64,000 nt of DNA, taken from the NCBI GenBank assembly GCA_046704425.1, contig JBJKRX010000158.1:7354-71353 (forward strand). Direction: 5' to 3'. Of the stretch, positions 62,789-64,000 are shown one piece after another. Made by a program: the position numbers and the translations under genes. Position 1 is the stretch's first letter; each line of letters begins with the position of its first letter. Under the pieces are notes generated by a model. That model did not search any database. It was given only the letters and a program-made list of their open reading frames with translations, and was not told the origin of the DNA. The DNA is from Nitrospirota bacterium. Its GTDB lineage: Bacteria; Nitrospirota; UBA9217.

Positions 62789-64000
62789 GTGGACCAGGTC
62801 GAAACGTTCGCAGGAAAGCGGATTCTGCTCGGCGTAAGCGGCAGCATTGCGGCCTATAAGGCCGTGGAACTGCTGCGCAGGCTCAGGGAACGGGGCGCCG
62901 AGGTCCGCGTTTCGATGACCGCGCATGCGACCCGTTTCGTAACCCCGCTGACTTTTCGGACGCTCGCGGGACAACCGGTGCTTTCTGACGAGTTCGCTGA
63001 GGACGCAGCGAGCCCGATCGGTCATATCGACATCACCGACGGACTTGACGCCGCACTCATCGCACCGGCCACGGCGAACACGATCGCCAAGATCGCGGCC
63101 GGCATCGCGGATAATGCGTTGACCTCGGCAGCCCTGGCGATGGTCTGTCCGTTCCTGATCGCGCCGGCCATGAACGATCGGATGTACCGGAACCCCGCGG
63201 TCCAAAAGAACATCGCGATCCTCCGTGAACGCGGTATCCGTATCGTCTCCCCGGCCGTCGGTGCGCTCGCGTGCGGAGCGCAGGGGGAGGGCAGGCTTGC
63301 GGAAACGGACTCCATCCTGCGGGAACTCGCCGCCCTTTTCCGGCCGCGTGACCTTGCCGGGAGGACCGTTCTGGTAACTGCCGGACCGACCCGGGAACCG
63401 ATCGACGCCGTCCGGTTCCTGAGCAACCCCTCGACCGGCAAGATGGGCTATGCCCTCGCCGCAGCGGCACAGGAGCGGGGTGCGCAGGTCATCCTTGTTT
63501 CCGGGCCGACCCAGCTTGCGCCGCCGCGTGACGTCGAGGTCGTTTCCGTGCGGAGCGCAGCGGAGATGCATGATGCCGTGCTTGCCCGAATCCCGGCGTG
63601 TGACGCGCTCTTCATGGCGGCCGCGGTTTCCGACTTCCGGCCCCTTGCCCCCGTGGACCGAAAACTGAAAAAAGGCGAAGCACCGGATGTGATTCGGCTT
63701 GAGCGGACCGGTGATATTCTGCGCGAACTGGGAGCGCGTGGGAGCGCGGCACTGCTCGTTGGTTTTGCGGCAGAAACCGACGACAGAGAGCAAAACGCGC
63801 TGCGGAAGCTTCGGGAGAAGAACCTGGACCTCATCGTATTGAATGACCTGCGTGCAGCAGGGGCGGGATTCGGCGCTGATACGAACGCCGTGACCATATT
63901 CGACCGGGAGGACCGTCGGATCGACCTGCCGACGATGCCGAAGCGCGAGATCGCGGACCGCGTGCTTGACGCCGTGCTTCCGCTCCTGGAGAGGCGCGGC
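62789..64000 (+). CDS. coaBC: bifunctional phosphopantothenoylcysteine decarboxylase / synthetase, 3'-truncated by window end
   Basis: GKRILLGVSGSIAAYK flavoprotein N-terminus and CoaB domain. No stop before the window end. Confidence 0.85.
   Translation, partial: MDQVETFAGKRILLGVSGSIAAYKAVELLRRLRERGAEVRVSMTAHATRFVTPLTFRTLAGQPVLSDEFAEDAASPIGHIDITDGLDAALIAPATANTIAKIAAGIADNALTSAALAMVCPFLIAPAMNDRMYRNPAVQKNIAILRERGIRIVSPAVGALACGAQGEGRLAETDSILRELAALFRPRDLAGRTVLVTAGPTREPIDAVRFLSNPSTGKMGYALAAAAQERGAQVILVSGPTQLAPPRDVEVVSVRSAAEMHDAVLARIPACDALFMAAAVSDFRPLAPVDRKLKKGEAPDVIRLERTGDILRELGARGSAALLVGFAAETDDREQNALRKLREKNLDLIVLNDLRAAGAGFGADTNAVTIFDREDRRIDLPTMPKREIADRVLDAVLPLLERRG

Overview
The window has two compositionally distinct halves. 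Positions 1 to about 17,640 are low-GC (roughly mid-40s % by eye) and hold a complete-looking cell-surface glycan biosynthesis island, all on the + strand: many GT2, GT4 and GT9 glycosyltransferases, a Wzm/Wzt ABC exporter, two methyltransferases, a radical SAM enzyme, a flavoenzyme and a clear SQD1/SqdB-type UDP-sulfoquinovose synthase. From about 17,685 onward the DNA is high-GC (roughly 65%) core chromosome. It carries housekeeping and signalling genes: PBP1A, cobO, the conserved phoH-pgpH-ybeY-dgkA block, accA, era, rph, metK, an SAH-riboswitch-controlled ahcY, hypE, lepA-lepB and the yicC-remA-gmk-rpoZ-coaBC block. It also carries a minus-strand signalling operon (response regulator - TPR protein - O-methyltransferase - two histidine kinases - sigma-54 activator) and a minus-strand metabolic/redox block (DUF362 ferredoxin; FAD-linked oxidase / 4Fe-4S protein / geranylgeranyl-reductase-like flavoprotein with overlapping start/stop codons; ThrC-like / cystathionine-gamma-synthase-family pair). 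The high-GC part is full of long spurious antisense ORFs, so gene calls there rest on recognisable protein families; several start codons were adjusted by hand from RBS and family N-termini. I found no tRNA, rRNA, CRISPR array or obvious mobile element. The most interesting candidates are the sulfoquinovose-linked glycan island with its radical SAM enzyme, the uncharacterised three-gene flavo/Fe-S redox operon behind a 19-bp perfect palindrome, and the two-component operon with an embedded small-molecule-type O-methyltransferase.
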